From: an uncultured Gammaproteobacteria bacterium
Lineage (GTDB): Bacteria > Patescibacteriota > Microgenomatia > Levybacterales > GWA1-39-11
Direction: 5' to 3'
Length of the DNA: 64,000 nt
Assembly: GCA_964640435.1 (NCBI GenBank)
Contig: CAZXFJ010000002.1
Location: 4,175-68,174 of the forward strand
Part shown: positions 47,709-56,945 of the stretch, piece by piece
Layout: every line of letters starts with the position of its first letter
Numbering within the stretch: position 1 is the first letter of the stretch
Program-made: the position numbers and the translations under genes
The notes under the pieces: generated by a model
The model's input: only the letters and a program-made list of their open reading frames with translations
What the model was told of the DNA's origin: nothing
Database searches by the model: none

Positions 47709-49513
47709 TTGGATTCCTTTATTTAGTATCTGTCCTCTTCGTAGGTGCAATAGCTCACGAATTATTTATTGACAAAAAATTCATAATAAATAAGTTTGCA
47801 AGCTCATTTTTGCTTGGATCATTGATTAGCGTGACAATATGCTTTGTTTTGCTATTAATCTTACGAAATCTTAGTTCAGCCTTGTTGGTATATTTTGTAT
47901 TAGTCATACTTTCCTCACCATTTATCTACAAACGAATTAGAGTCTCATTTACCAAGAATACAATCTTCACTGTTGCTATTTTGGCGTTTTCTTTTTTATT
48001 GTTTCAAAAAGCATTTAATTACAATACAGTGGAAAATGTTTTTTTAATTCAAACTAACTTGTATCAAGATATGGGCGCACATATTCCTTTCATAAGATAC
48101 TTCTCAGACGGTGGAATCTTTCCAGAAGCACCTTTTTTTGCAGGTAAAAACTTGTTTTATCATTTTATGTTTGATTTCTATGCTTCAATACTTGAATATT
48201 TAGGATTAAGAATAAATATAGCATTTAATCTCATAAGTGCGCTTACTTTAACATCTCTATTTTTGACTATTAATTCATTATCAAAATTTCTTTTTAAAAA
48301 TAAATATGTAGGAATTTTAGCGTGCATAATGCTACTGTTTAATAGTGACTTGTCCTTTATTGATTTATTTCGTTCATATGGTATTTCTCCTGGTGGGCTG
48401 CTATCAATTTACCATCACAATGCATACCCAATAGGCAACATTTTTAATCTGCAAGTAAGTCAAAACTTCTTAAATATTAATGTGTATTTAAATCAAAGAC
48501 AGTTGATATTCGGTTTGCTTTGGTTTTTTTATCTAATTTATTTGTTCTTATATTCAAATGGGAAAATTAGTTTGAGTTTAGGATTGTTAATTATTTTTTC
48601 AATTTGTGCTTTTCCATTTTGGAATTTACCTATCTTGATTTCGTTTTATATTGTGTTGGTAGGTATTATTACCTTGTTTAAAGAATATAGAAAGAGTGGA
48701 GCTGCTTTAGTAATTTTGTCATTACCTTTTGTTGGCATTCAGGTTTTATTAATTAAGCTTAATTCATTAAACAATATTATATTTCATCCAGGGTTTGTAC
48801 TTGCTGAAAAATTAAGTTTAATAAACTTTTCGCTTTTCTGGATTTGGAATCTTGGAATAATTATTCCACTTCTTATATATGCTTTTATAAAATCAAATAT
48901 TTATCAAAGAAAAATCTTTTTAGTTTTTGTAAGTATTTTTATAATAGCTAATTTATTTCAATTCTCTCGAGATCCATTTGATAATCATAAGTTCTTTAAT
49001 GTTTGGATAGTTTTAGCCAATATTTATGCAGGATATTCACTTTTGCAAATTTTTAAAATAGGCAAATGGGGAAGAGTGGCAGCAGTAATATTATTTTTCC
49101 TAGCAACACTCTCAGGCATGTTGCATTTTTTAGTAGTTAAAAATGATCTTTATGCGAAAATTTCTGACTCATCCAAATTTAATATTTATGGATGGATAGA
49201 GAATAATACAAAAAAAGAAGATATATTTTTAACTAACGGTGAAATATATGATCCTGTAGGCATAATGGGCCGAAGAATATTCTTAGGAAGACCTCAGTAT
49301 GTATATTTATATGGAAATGACCCATCTGGACGTCTAAGAATCAAAGAAAGCGTACTTAAAGGTGAAATTAAAAGTGAAAAGAAGCAATTAAGCTATATTA
49401 TAATTTATAAAGATAATAAGCTGCCAAATATTTATAAAGCTGATACTAAGAAACTTGGCAGTTTATATAAAAAAGTTTATGAAGACAATTTCGGCATTAT
49501 TTACAAACTATAA
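47705..49513 (+). CDS. large polytopic membrane protein, unassigned family (candidate GT-C-like)
   Basis: 602 aa with ~14 TM and a C-terminal ~110-aa hydrophilic domain. No assignable motif. Confidence 0.45.
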   Translation: MIGFLYLVSVLFVGAIAHELFIDKKFIINKFASSFLLGSLISVTICFVLLLILRNLSSALLVYFVLVILSSPFIYKRIRVSFTKNTIFTVAILAFSFLLFQKAFNYNTVENVFLIQTNLYQDMGAHIPFIRYFSDGGIFPEAPFFAGKNLFYHFMFDFYASILEYLGLRINIAFNLISALTLTSLFLTINSLSKFLFKNKYVGILACIMLLFNSDLSFIDLFRSYGISPGGLLSIYHHNAYPIGNIFNLQVSQNFLNINVYLNQRQLIFGLLWFFYLIYLFLYSNGKISLSLGLLIIFSICAFPFWNLPILISFYIVLVGIITLFKEYRKSGAALVILSLPFVGIQVLLIKLNSLNNIIFHPGFVLAEKLSLINFSLFWIWNLGIIIPLLIYAFIKSNIYQRKIFLVFVSIFIIANLFQFSRDPFDNHKFFNVWIVLANIYAGYSLLQIFKIGKWGRVAAVILFFLATLSGMLHFLVVKNDLYAKISDSSKFNIYGWIENNTKKEDIFLTNGEIYDPVGIMGRRIFLGRPQYVYLYGNDPSGRLRIKESVLKGEIKSEKKQLSYIIIYKDNKLPNIYKADTKKLGSLYKKVYEDNFGIIYKL

Positions 49514-51143
49514 GTATTTAATTGTAGTTATATTATTTTCTGTTTTAGGATCTTTGGATCTTTTGCATTACGGCATCCCGCCTACTCATGATGGCGAATA
49601 CCACATAATGCGTTTTTGGCAATTTTATGAAACATTAAGCTCAGGTGTATTATACCCACGTTGGGCGCCAGATTTTAACAATGGGTTTGGGATACCAATA
49701 TTTAGTTATGTATATCCTCTTCCAAATTATGCTGCTTCATTATTTCATTTTATGGGCTTCAGTTATATAGAGTCTCTTAAGTTAAACATGGCAGTAGCAT
49801 CCATAGTTGGAGCATTTTTTTTCTATTTATGGAGTAGGCGTTACTGGGGTGAGCTTGGGGGAGTTGTTTCATCTGTATTCTATACCTTTGCGCCATATCA
49901 CTTTTTGGATATTTATGTCCGTGGGTCTGTAGGAGAAGTTTGGAGTCTGGCAATTGCACCCGGTTTATTATGGGCGTATTTAGCTTTTACACAAAACAAT
50001 AAAAAGTTATATTTTAGTTTGTCATGCTTGCTGCTTGGTTTACTTGTCTTCGCACATAATATTTTAGCTTTAGTTTTCTTTTCATTTTTTATTCTCTATT
50101 CGGTATTCATTATTTTAGAATCTAAAGATAAAAAGTATTTAATTGTTAACACTTTACTTATTTGTATTCTTGGTCTTGGTTTATCGGCGCCTTTCTGGTT
50201 GCCTGCAATTATTGAAACAAAATATGTTCAAGGCCTTCAGATATTCAATCCTACGGCATACTTTCCAAAATTATATCAACTCATTTATTCCTCATGGGGA
50301 TATGGTTTTGCTGGTGTTGATCCTAAACCTGGTGAGGGACAAATGTCATTTCAAATTGGTATACCAAATTTAATTGTAACTTCAATTGTATTTTTATTTT
50401 TAGTATTTAGTAAAAAATTAAAGTACAAAAAGATTATTATTTTCTCAGTTGCATTACTTTTGTTTTTTGTATTTTTAATAACGCCTTTTTCTGAAATTTT
50501 TTGGAAAATTGTTCCAGGAGTTTCATTTATTCAGTTTCCCTGGAGACTACTCAGTGTAGTAATTTTAATCTGCGCATTTTTAGCAGGAAGCATTATAGAA
50601 GATTCTTTATTTAAGGGAAAAAAGAAACTTCAGCTTGTTGTTTCGCTAATCATGATTCTAATCGTTGTGATATATGGAATTAGATACGCCAGAGAACCTT
50701 TTTATCATAAACGACCGGATAACCATTACTTATCGCGGTCTAATTTTACAGATGGAACAAATAGTCCCGGTGATGTTTTTAATACTAAATGGTTAAAATC
50801 TATTCCCCCTAAAGCGCGACAAAAAATTGAAATAATAAAAGGACAGGGTAAAATAGAGAACGTTTACCAGTATCCGCAGCAAGTTAAATTTAGTGCGATC
50901 ATTGAGAAAAAATCAAAAATTCTAGTCAATATTGCATATTTTCCGGGATGGACAGCTACTTCGAACAACAAAAATATTCGAGTAGAAAATTATAACGGAA
51001 AGATAAGTTTGAGGCTCAATAACGGTAAACAAAATATAAACTTATATTTAGCTAACACTCTGATTCAGAATTGGTCTTATGTCTATTTTTTGATAGCTAT
51101 TTTGGCTATAATTTATTATAAACCTTATGAAGATCGCAGTTGA
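49479..51143 (+). CDS. short YfhO-related GT-C-like membrane protein (H-D-G motif family), member 4
   Basis: ATG at 49479 is preferred over the TTG at 49455. PPTHDGEYHIMRFWQFY...PRWAPDFNNGFGIP and C-terminal YFPGW. Confidence 0.6.
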   Translation: MKTISALFTNYKYLIVVILFSVLGSLDLLHYGIPPTHDGEYHIMRFWQFYETLSSGVLYPRWAPDFNNGFGIPIFSYVYPLPNYAASLFHFMGFSYIESLKLNMAVASIVGAFFFYLWSRRYWGELGGVVSSVFYTFAPYHFLDIYVRGSVGEVWSLAIAPGLLWAYLAFTQNNKKLYFSLSCLLLGLLVFAHNILALVFFSFFILYSVFIILESKDKKYLIVNTLLICILGLGLSAPFWLPAIIETKYVQGLQIFNPTAYFPKLYQLIYSSWGYGFAGVDPKPGEGQMSFQIGIPNLIVTSIVFLFLVFSKKLKYKKIIIFSVALLLFFVFLITPFSEIFWKIVPGVSFIQFPWRLLSVVILICAFLAGSIIEDSLFKGKKKLQLVVSLIMILIVVIYGIRYAREPFYHKRPDNHYLSRSNFTDGTNSPGDVFNTKWLKSIPPKARQKIEIIKGQGKIENVYQYPQQVKFSAIIEKKSKILVNIAYFPGWTATSNNKNIRVENYNGKISLRLNNGKQNINLYLANTLIQNWSYVYFLIAILAIIYYKPYEDRS

Positions 51144-52170
51144 CATATCTCCAATTAGTAAGGGTTCAACGTCCGCACACAAAGTTCGCGGTGTGGGTGC
51201 ATACATTAATATGCTCGTTAATAATCTTTCTGAGATAGATACAAAAAACGAATATAAATTTGTAGAAAATAATGAATTTGCTGATGCTGATTTAGTTCAT
51301 TTTCCATACTTTGATCCTTTTTTCCGCACGCTTCCATTTGGTTTGAATAAAAAGTTTGTCGTAACTGTGCATGATTTAACACCGTTGGTTTTTCCTAACC
51401 ATTTCCCTGCAGGAGTAAAAGGCAAAGTTAATTGGCAGTTTCAGAAACTGAATTTAAAAAAAGCTTCAAAGGTAGTCGTTGACTCTAATTGTTCGGCAAA
51501 AGATGTACAGAGAATTGCTGGTGTTGATAAAGATAAAATTGTAACAGTTTATCTTTCAGCCTCAGAAAGTTTTAAAAAATTGATGTCTGGTTCGTGGGAA
51601 AAAGAGACAATCAAGAAGTATAATTTACCAGATAACTTCCTTTTGTATGTGGGCGATGCTACTTGGAATAAAAATTTACCAAGACTTATTGAGGCTGTAA
51701 AAAATACTAACCATAAGATTGTTATGGTAGGAAAAGTTTGGGAAACAGAAATTATAAGTGATAACCCATGGAATGATGATCTAAAACATGTAATGCTTGA
51801 GATAGATAAAAATCCTCAATTTATTAATTTAGGATTTGTTGATGATGATGATGTAGTTAGGCTTTATAATTTAGCAACTGCGCTTGTTATGCCCTCCTTA
51901 TATGAGGGTTTTGGTTTACCCGTACTAGAGGCGATGAAATGTGCTTGTCCGGTAATTTCCTCAAAAGGAGGCTCATTGCCAGAAATTGGTGGGGACGCTG
52001 TTGAGTATATCGATGAATATAATATAGAGAGTATTGTTGAAGCTATAAATCGTGTTATGGCATCAAAAAGCCTACAGGAAAGTTTGTCAAAAAAAGGTCT
52101 TTTGCAAGCAAAAAATTTTACTGTCGAAAAAAGTATTAACGATCTTGTTGCCGTCTATAATTCAATTTAA
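51127..52170 (+). CDS. GT4 (GT-B) glycosyltransferase
   Basis: YEGFGLPVLEAMKCACPVISSKGGSLPEIGGDAVEY GT4 signature. 347 aa. Confidence 0.8.
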   Translation: MKIAVDISPISKGSTSAHKVRGVGAYINMLVNNLSEIDTKNEYKFVENNEFADADLVHFPYFDPFFRTLPFGLNKKFVVTVHDLTPLVFPNHFPAGVKGKVNWQFQKLNLKKASKVVVDSNCSAKDVQRIAGVDKDKIVTVYLSASESFKKLMSGSWEKETIKKYNLPDNFLLYVGDATWNKNLPRLIEAVKNTNHKIVMVGKVWETEIISDNPWNDDLKHVMLEIDKNPQFINLGFVDDDDVVRLYNLATALVMPSLYEGFGLPVLEAMKCACPVISSKGGSLPEIGGDAVEYIDEYNIESIVEAINRVMASKSLQESLSKKGLLQAKNFTVEKSINDLVAVYNSI

Positions 52171-53429
52171 TGAAAAAGGCTTTATCTTTACTCAAAAACA
52201 ATAATTTCCTATCTGCTTCTTTTTGGGTTTTTCTAGGAACTGGTTTTCTAAATTTTGGAAGTTATCTTTACCACTTGATGATGGGAAGATTATTGGGTCC
52301 CTCTTCATATGGTGCTCTAGAGGGTGCAATTTCTGTGTTATATATCCTATTCGTTCCGACCGCAACTTTATCTTTGATAGTTGTGAAATTTGTCTCATCA
52401 TATCTTGGTAAAAAAGATTATAAAAAAATCAATGAAATCTATAATTATCTTTTTAGTAAAGTATTAATTTTTGGAGCAGCTATAACAATAATTTTACTTT
52501 TAATTTCTCCTTTGCTAACTAAGTTTTTGAGATTTCCAAATATTTATATTTCGATATTTATAGCAATCACATTTTTAGTCAATCTGTTCTATATCCTGGA
52601 CAAAAGTGTGGTTCAAGGTTTAACAAAGTTTTTTAAATTCTCATTTCTAAATGTTATTGAAACATCTGTAAAGTTGTTTCTAGGTATTACTCTTGTATAT
52701 TTAGGTTTTTCAGTTGATGGAGCATTTGCAGGAGTTGGAATTGGTTTGCTGGCAGCACTCTTTGTCTCACAAGTATTTGTAAAGCAATCAGTTAAGGTAA
52801 AGCTAAATTTGAAAGCAGATTTTTCTGAAAAAAAAGAATTATGGAAGTTTGCGATCCCAACATTTATTACAACGCTTGCATTAACATCTATTTTTACAAC
52901 AGATATTATTCTGGTTAGACATTTCTTCCATGGCGCAGAGTCAGGATACTATTCCGCGATTTCCGTACTCGGAAAAGTAATATATTTTGCAGCATCTCCA
53001 GTTATTTTTGTCGTCTTTCCTTTGGCATCAGAATTTCATGCAAAAGGTGGAAAATTTGAGAAATTTTTGTACCAAGGAGTGGCACTAGCTGGTTTTGTAT
53101 GTATTTTAATAACATCAATATACTTTTTAGTGCCAAACTTAATGGTTTCACTACTTTTCGGTCCATCTTATCTTCCTATAGTTTCATATCTTGGGATTTT
53201 TGGCGTTTTTATTTCTCTGTATACGATTTGTGCTTTGATCGCCAATTTCTATCTTTCAATTCATAAAACAACATCATCATATTTAGTTCTTTTTGCAGCA
53301 ATATTACAAATAGTATTAATTATTTTATTCCATAACTCATTAACTGAAGTTATTTATGTTTCGATACTTTCTTGTATTGTGCTTCTAATTTCCCTTTTGC
53401 TATACTATCCGCATGCAAAAAGAAGATAA
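52170..53429 (+). CDS. Wzx-like oligosaccharide flippase (MOP superfamily)
   Basis: 419 aa with ~12 TM. LGPSSYGALEGAISVLYI polysaccharide-biosynthesis-protein N-terminus. Confidence 0.7.
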   Translation: MKKALSLLKNNNFLSASFWVFLGTGFLNFGSYLYHLMMGRLLGPSSYGALEGAISVLYILFVPTATLSLIVVKFVSSYLGKKDYKKINEIYNYLFSKVLIFGAAITIILLLISPLLTKFLRFPNIYISIFIAITFLVNLFYILDKSVVQGLTKFFKFSFLNVIETSVKLFLGITLVYLGFSVDGAFAGVGIGLLAALFVSQVFVKQSVKVKLNLKADFSEKKELWKFAIPTFITTLALTSIFTTDIILVRHFFHGAESGYYSAISVLGKVIYFAASPVIFVVFPLASEFHAKGGKFEKFLYQGVALAGFVCILITSIYFLVPNLMVSLLFGPSYLPIVSYLGIFGVFISLYTICALIANFYLSIHKTTSSYLVLFAAILQIVLIILFHNSLTEVIYVSILSCIVLLISLLLYYPHAKRR

Positions 53430-54192
53430 AATCAAACTAATTTCTCTGGTTGTTCCGGCATATAAACAACAAAAAACAATATTAAAAAATGTTGAAGTTT
53501 TAATGGATGAGCTGTCAAAATTGCCTTATAAATCTGAGTTACTGATTGTTATAGATGGAAATCTCGATAATACGTCACAAAAACTTGAAAAATTAAAGAA
53601 AAAAAACATATTTGTATATCAGTATGAAAGGAATGAAGGAAAAGGATATGCAGTTCGCTATGGAGTATTAAGAGCAAAAGGGGATTTAATAGGGTTTATT
53701 GATGCGGGTATGGATCTTGATCCTTCGGAAATATCCTTGATGATTGATACCATGCTATGGAAGGATGCAGATGTCGTTGTAGGAAGCAAGCTACATCCAG
53801 ATTCGAAAGTAAATTATCCATATGTGAGAAAAATTTTGTCTTGGGGTTATAGAACATTCACGCATTTACTTTTTGGCTTTTCAGTTAGAGATACACAAGT
53901 TGGTTTAAAATTTTTTAGGAGGCAAGTTGCTAAAGATGTATTCCCAAGATTACTAGTTAAACGATTTGCATTTGATGTAGAAGTTTTAGCTCTTGCTTAT
54001 GCACTTGGCTATAAGAAAATTTATGAGTCTCCCGTAAAGTTAAGGTTTAGAAATAACAGTACCATTACTTCAAAGAGTTTCTGGAAAGAAATTTCAAATA
54101 TGCTTTGGGATACGGCGGCAGTTTTTTATAGAGTTAGAATTCTAAAATACTATAGAAGAAGTAATAAAGAAAATTGGCTTAATATAGAATGA
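53413..54192 (+). CDS. GT2 polyprenyl-phosphate sugar synthase (DPM1/GtrB/ArnC-like)
   Basis: NEGKGYAVRYG, GFIDAGMDLDP, DTQVGLKFF and AFDVEVLALA. 259 aa. Confidence 0.8.
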   Translation: MQKEDKIKLISLVVPAYKQQKTILKNVEVLMDELSKLPYKSELLIVIDGNLDNTSQKLEKLKKKNIFVYQYERNEGKGYAVRYGVLRAKGDLIGFIDAGMDLDPSEISLMIDTMLWKDADVVVGSKLHPDSKVNYPYVRKILSWGYRTFTHLLFGFSVRDTQVGLKFFRRQVAKDVFPRLLVKRFAFDVEVLALAYALGYKKIYESPVKLRFRNNSTITSKSFWKEISNMLWDTAAVFYRVRILKYYRRSNKENWLNIE

Positions 54193-55289
54193 ACATATTA
54201 ATTTTAAATTGGCGGGATATAAAACACCCGCTTGCTGGTGGTGCCGAAATCTCACTTTTTGAACATGCTAAAAAATGGAAGGAGAGTGGTGCAAATGTTA
54301 TCTGGTTTTCATCTGCCTTTTCATACTACAAAAAGGAGGAGGAGATTGACGGAATCAAGTTTATTAGATCAGGCAGCCAAATAACTGTGCATATAACTGC
54401 TTTTTTTGTCTTTTTGTTTGGAAAACTTGGTAGGCCTGATATTGTTATAGACTCGTTTCATTTTCTTCCATTCTTTTCGCCATTATATATTTTTAAAGCA
54501 AAGAAAATAGCACTTATAAATGAGGTGGCCGGTAAACTTTGGTTTTCAAATATAATTTTTCCTATTTCACTGATTGGATTTTTTCTTGAAAAAATTTCAT
54601 TTATTTTTTATAAAAAAAGTACATTTATTACAGCATCAAAATCAACTGAAAATGACCTTTTAAAAATAGGAATCGATAAGAAGCGGGTTCACACCATTTT
54701 GAATGGAGTAACATTGGTTAAATTAAAGAAGAGAGTAGAAAAAGAAAAAAATCCTACCATTATTTTCCTGGGGAGAATCTCTGATGACAAAGGGATAAAA
54801 GATGCATTTAAAGCATTCGAACAAGTTTATATATCAAATAATAAAGTTGAATTTTTTATAGCAGGCAAAGAAGAAAAAAAGGGTATTATAGATAATTTAA
54901 TAAATTCATTAGATAAATCATGTCGTAGGAACGTTAAATATTTTGGGTTTGTTAGTGAAGAAAAAAAATTTGAACTGTTGCGAAAGGCTTGGATACTTAT
55001 TCATCCTTCAATGAAAGAAGGGTGGGGGTTAAATGTTATAGAGGCTGCATCTCAACAGACTCCGACGGTTGGTTACGATGTAGAGGGTTTAAGAGATTCT
55101 ATCATTGATTCCAAAACTGGTATACTTTCACAACCAAATTCGTTATCACTTGCAGAAGATATTATGAAAATACTAAATGATGACAAATTAAGATACAAAT
55201 TAAGTAAAAATGCACAAGAATGGTCAAAAAATTTTAATTGGGAAAAAAGTGCTACCAAGAGTTGGAAAGTGATAACTTCAGATGAATAG
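54189..55289 (+). CDS. GT4 (GT-B) glycosyltransferase
   Basis: PLAGGAEISLFE N-terminus and EGWGLNVIEAASQQTPTVGYDVEGLRD GT4 signature. Confidence 0.8.
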   Translation: MNILILNWRDIKHPLAGGAEISLFEHAKKWKESGANVIWFSSAFSYYKKEEEIDGIKFIRSGSQITVHITAFFVFLFGKLGRPDIVIDSFHFLPFFSPLYIFKAKKIALINEVAGKLWFSNIIFPISLIGFFLEKISFIFYKKSTFITASKSTENDLLKIGIDKKRVHTILNGVTLVKLKKRVEKEKNPTIIFLGRISDDKGIKDAFKAFEQVYISNNKVEFFIAGKEEKKGIIDNLINSLDKSCRRNVKYFGFVSEEKKFELLRKAWILIHPSMKEGWGLNVIEAASQQTPTVGYDVEGLRDSIIDSKTGILSQPNSLSLAEDIMKILNDDKLRYKLSKNAQEWSKNFNWEKSATKSWKVITSDE

Positions 55290-56133
55290 TATAAAGAATA
55301 AAAAGCATATACTGTCCGTCGATTTTGAGTCCTGGATTTTCTCAAAAAAAATAAATAGTCAGAACTTGTCAATTTCAGATCTTAAAAAGCTTGATGCTGG
55401 TTATTCTCCTAAAGCGTTGAAAACAATGCTAAAAGCTCTCAAAAAAAATAATCAAAAAATTACTTTCTTTGTTGTAAGCAAGCTTGAACAAATATACCCA
55501 GGAATTATTGAAACAATACTTGAGGATGGACATGAAGTGGGATGGCACTCCCATACTCACGTTGTAATGCATGAGCTTGACACTTTAAAAAAAGAACTGG
55601 ATATGGGAAGTGAGATAATTACTAAATACAAGATGAAAGGATTCCAGGCGCCAAATATCGTTTTCATGAAAAAAGGCTATAAATATTTAAAGGACTACGG
55701 TTTCACATATTCTTCATCGATATATGGCAATAGTAATAAGATTTATAAATTCAATGATGTTTTTGAAATACCTGTTACCTCACATAAGAAAGATCAGTCT
55801 CATGCGGAAATCGAATTTCCGACTACGCTTTTAAGAAGCTTACTAAAAAGAGAAGTTCCTTTGGGTTCAAGTTTCTTTTGGGGTTTACTAGGAGGCAAGT
55901 TTTATCATAAGAAGTTATCTTCCTTAAGAAATAAAGGGGAGATAATAAATATGTTTATTCATGACTGGCAAATCTTAACACCAAAATCTGAAATTTATAA
56001 AAAGGATGTTGGATTTTTTTGGAACCCCCTCTTTCTTCCCTACAAAATAAACGTTAGAAAGATGTTTGAAGAACTTGTGTCAAAACATGAATTCACAAGA
56101 TTTGATAAATTTATAAAAGATTTTAATAAGTGA
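55282..56133 (+). CDS. polysaccharide deacetylase-like (CE4) protein
   Basis: DGHEVGWHSHTH (H-S-x-x-H metal motif). 283 aa with a divergent NodB-type arrangement. Confidence 0.55.
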   Translation: MNSIKNKKHILSVDFESWIFSKKINSQNLSISDLKKLDAGYSPKALKTMLKALKKNNQKITFFVVSKLEQIYPGIIETILEDGHEVGWHSHTHVVMHELDTLKKELDMGSEIITKYKMKGFQAPNIVFMKKGYKYLKDYGFTYSSSIYGNSNKIYKFNDVFEIPVTSHKKDQSHAEIEFPTTLLRSLLKREVPLGSSFFWGLLGGKFYHKKLSSLRNKGEIINMFIHDWQILTPKSEIYKKDVGFFWNPLFLPYKINVRKMFEELVSKHEFTRFDKFIKDFNK

Positions 56134-56945
56134 AAAGAAAATTAAGAATTTATTGTATTCTCGCTGACGAAAATTTATTCCATCCTCATTATTTTAATGG
56201 AATAATAAAGGGGCTTAGTAAAAAAGGTTATAAGGTTGTTGGTTTAACACTTGCGCTGGATAAATATAAAAGGGGTTTTGCAAATGCTGTATTTGAACAA
56301 ATATACTTATGGGGCTTATTACCATTTGCATTTATTGCTACAAACTCATTAGTCAGAACCGGTCTCTTTCGGTTAGGTTTATTAAGGCATAAGACTGTTC
56401 GTGGAGTCGCTTTACTACATAATATACCTGTTTACGAAACTTTTAATGTAAATGATAAGACGCACCTCTCTTATCTATCCAAAAAAAATATAGATATCAT
56501 TATTTCTTCAAATGGACAAATTTTTAAGAAAGATTTACTTAAGCTTCCTAAAGTTGCTGCAATAAATAGGCACTCTGCATTGTTACCCTCTTATGGAGGG
56601 GTATTGCCAATCTTTTGGGCTATGAAAAAAAAGGAGAAAAAGCTTGGAACTAGTGTACATTATATGGTTGAAAAGATAGATAAAGGTGATATTCTAGCAC
56701 AATATTCGTTTGAGAACGAAAAGGGGAGTTCACTATTCGAGAACTATATGTACGCATTCAATTTAAGTATTCCTGCGACTATCGATGCAATTGAAAATAT
56801 TTTAAACAAGAAAACGATAAAAAAGTTTAGACACAATAAGAATGAATATTTTTCTTTTCCAGAGAGAAAAATGATAAAAATGTTTAAGAAAACCAACAAG
56901 CCTTTTAGACTGAAAGATGTTATGAAATTTTATACAATATATTAA
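56130..56945 (+). CDS. sugar N-formyltransferase (Fmt/ArnA-FT-like formyl_trans_N domain)
   Basis: NRHSALLPSYGG...HYMVEKIDKGDILAQ matches the N-x-H...SLLP-x-Y-R-G...H...D-x-G catalytic core. GTG start overlapping the upstream stop. Confidence 0.7.
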   Translation: MKRKLRIYCILADENLFHPHYFNGIIKGLSKKGYKVVGLTLALDKYKRGFANAVFEQIYLWGLLPFAFIATNSLVRTGLFRLGLLRHKTVRGVALLHNIPVYETFNVNDKTHLSYLSKKNIDIIISSNGQIFKKDLLKLPKVAAINRHSALLPSYGGVLPIFWAMKKKEKKLGTSVHYMVEKIDKGDILAQYSFENEKGSSLFENYMYAFNLSIPATIDAIENILNKKTIKKFRHNKNEYFSFPERKMIKMFKKTNKPFRLKDVMKFYTIY

